1,031 nt of DNA from Escherichia coli. Lineage in GTDB: Bacteria > Pseudomonadota > Gammaproteobacteria > Enterobacterales > Enterobacteriaceae. Below the pieces are notes generated by a model, which made no database searches, was not told where the DNA came from, and was given only the letters and a program-made list of their open reading frames with translations. Within the stretch, counting starts at the first letter, position 1. The number at the start of each line of letters is the position of its first letter. Both the position numbers and the translations under genes were made by a program. The DNA lies in NCBI RefSeq assembly GCF_003334815.1, contig NZ_QOWO01000109.1; one strand, given 5' to 3'. Shown piece by piece: positions 1 to 1,031 of the stretch.

Positions 1-1031
<1,031 letters not shown>

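Overview
The whole 1031-bp window is an internal fragment of one gene: tuf, encoding translation elongation factor EF-Tu, on the + strand in frame 1, open from base 1 to base 1031 and truncated at both ends. By my manual translation it reads [344 protein letters not shown]. From memory this matches Escherichia coli EF-Tu across residues ~45-388 (mature numbering), covering most of the GTPase domain and domains II and III. I see no evidence of a novel or undescribed system: there is no intergenic DNA, no second gene, no RNA gene, no repeat array and no mobile element. The single ORF in the supplied track (692..880, +) is an out-of-frame artefact inside tuf. The findings below are low-interest notes on well-known EF-Tu biology, not discoveries.
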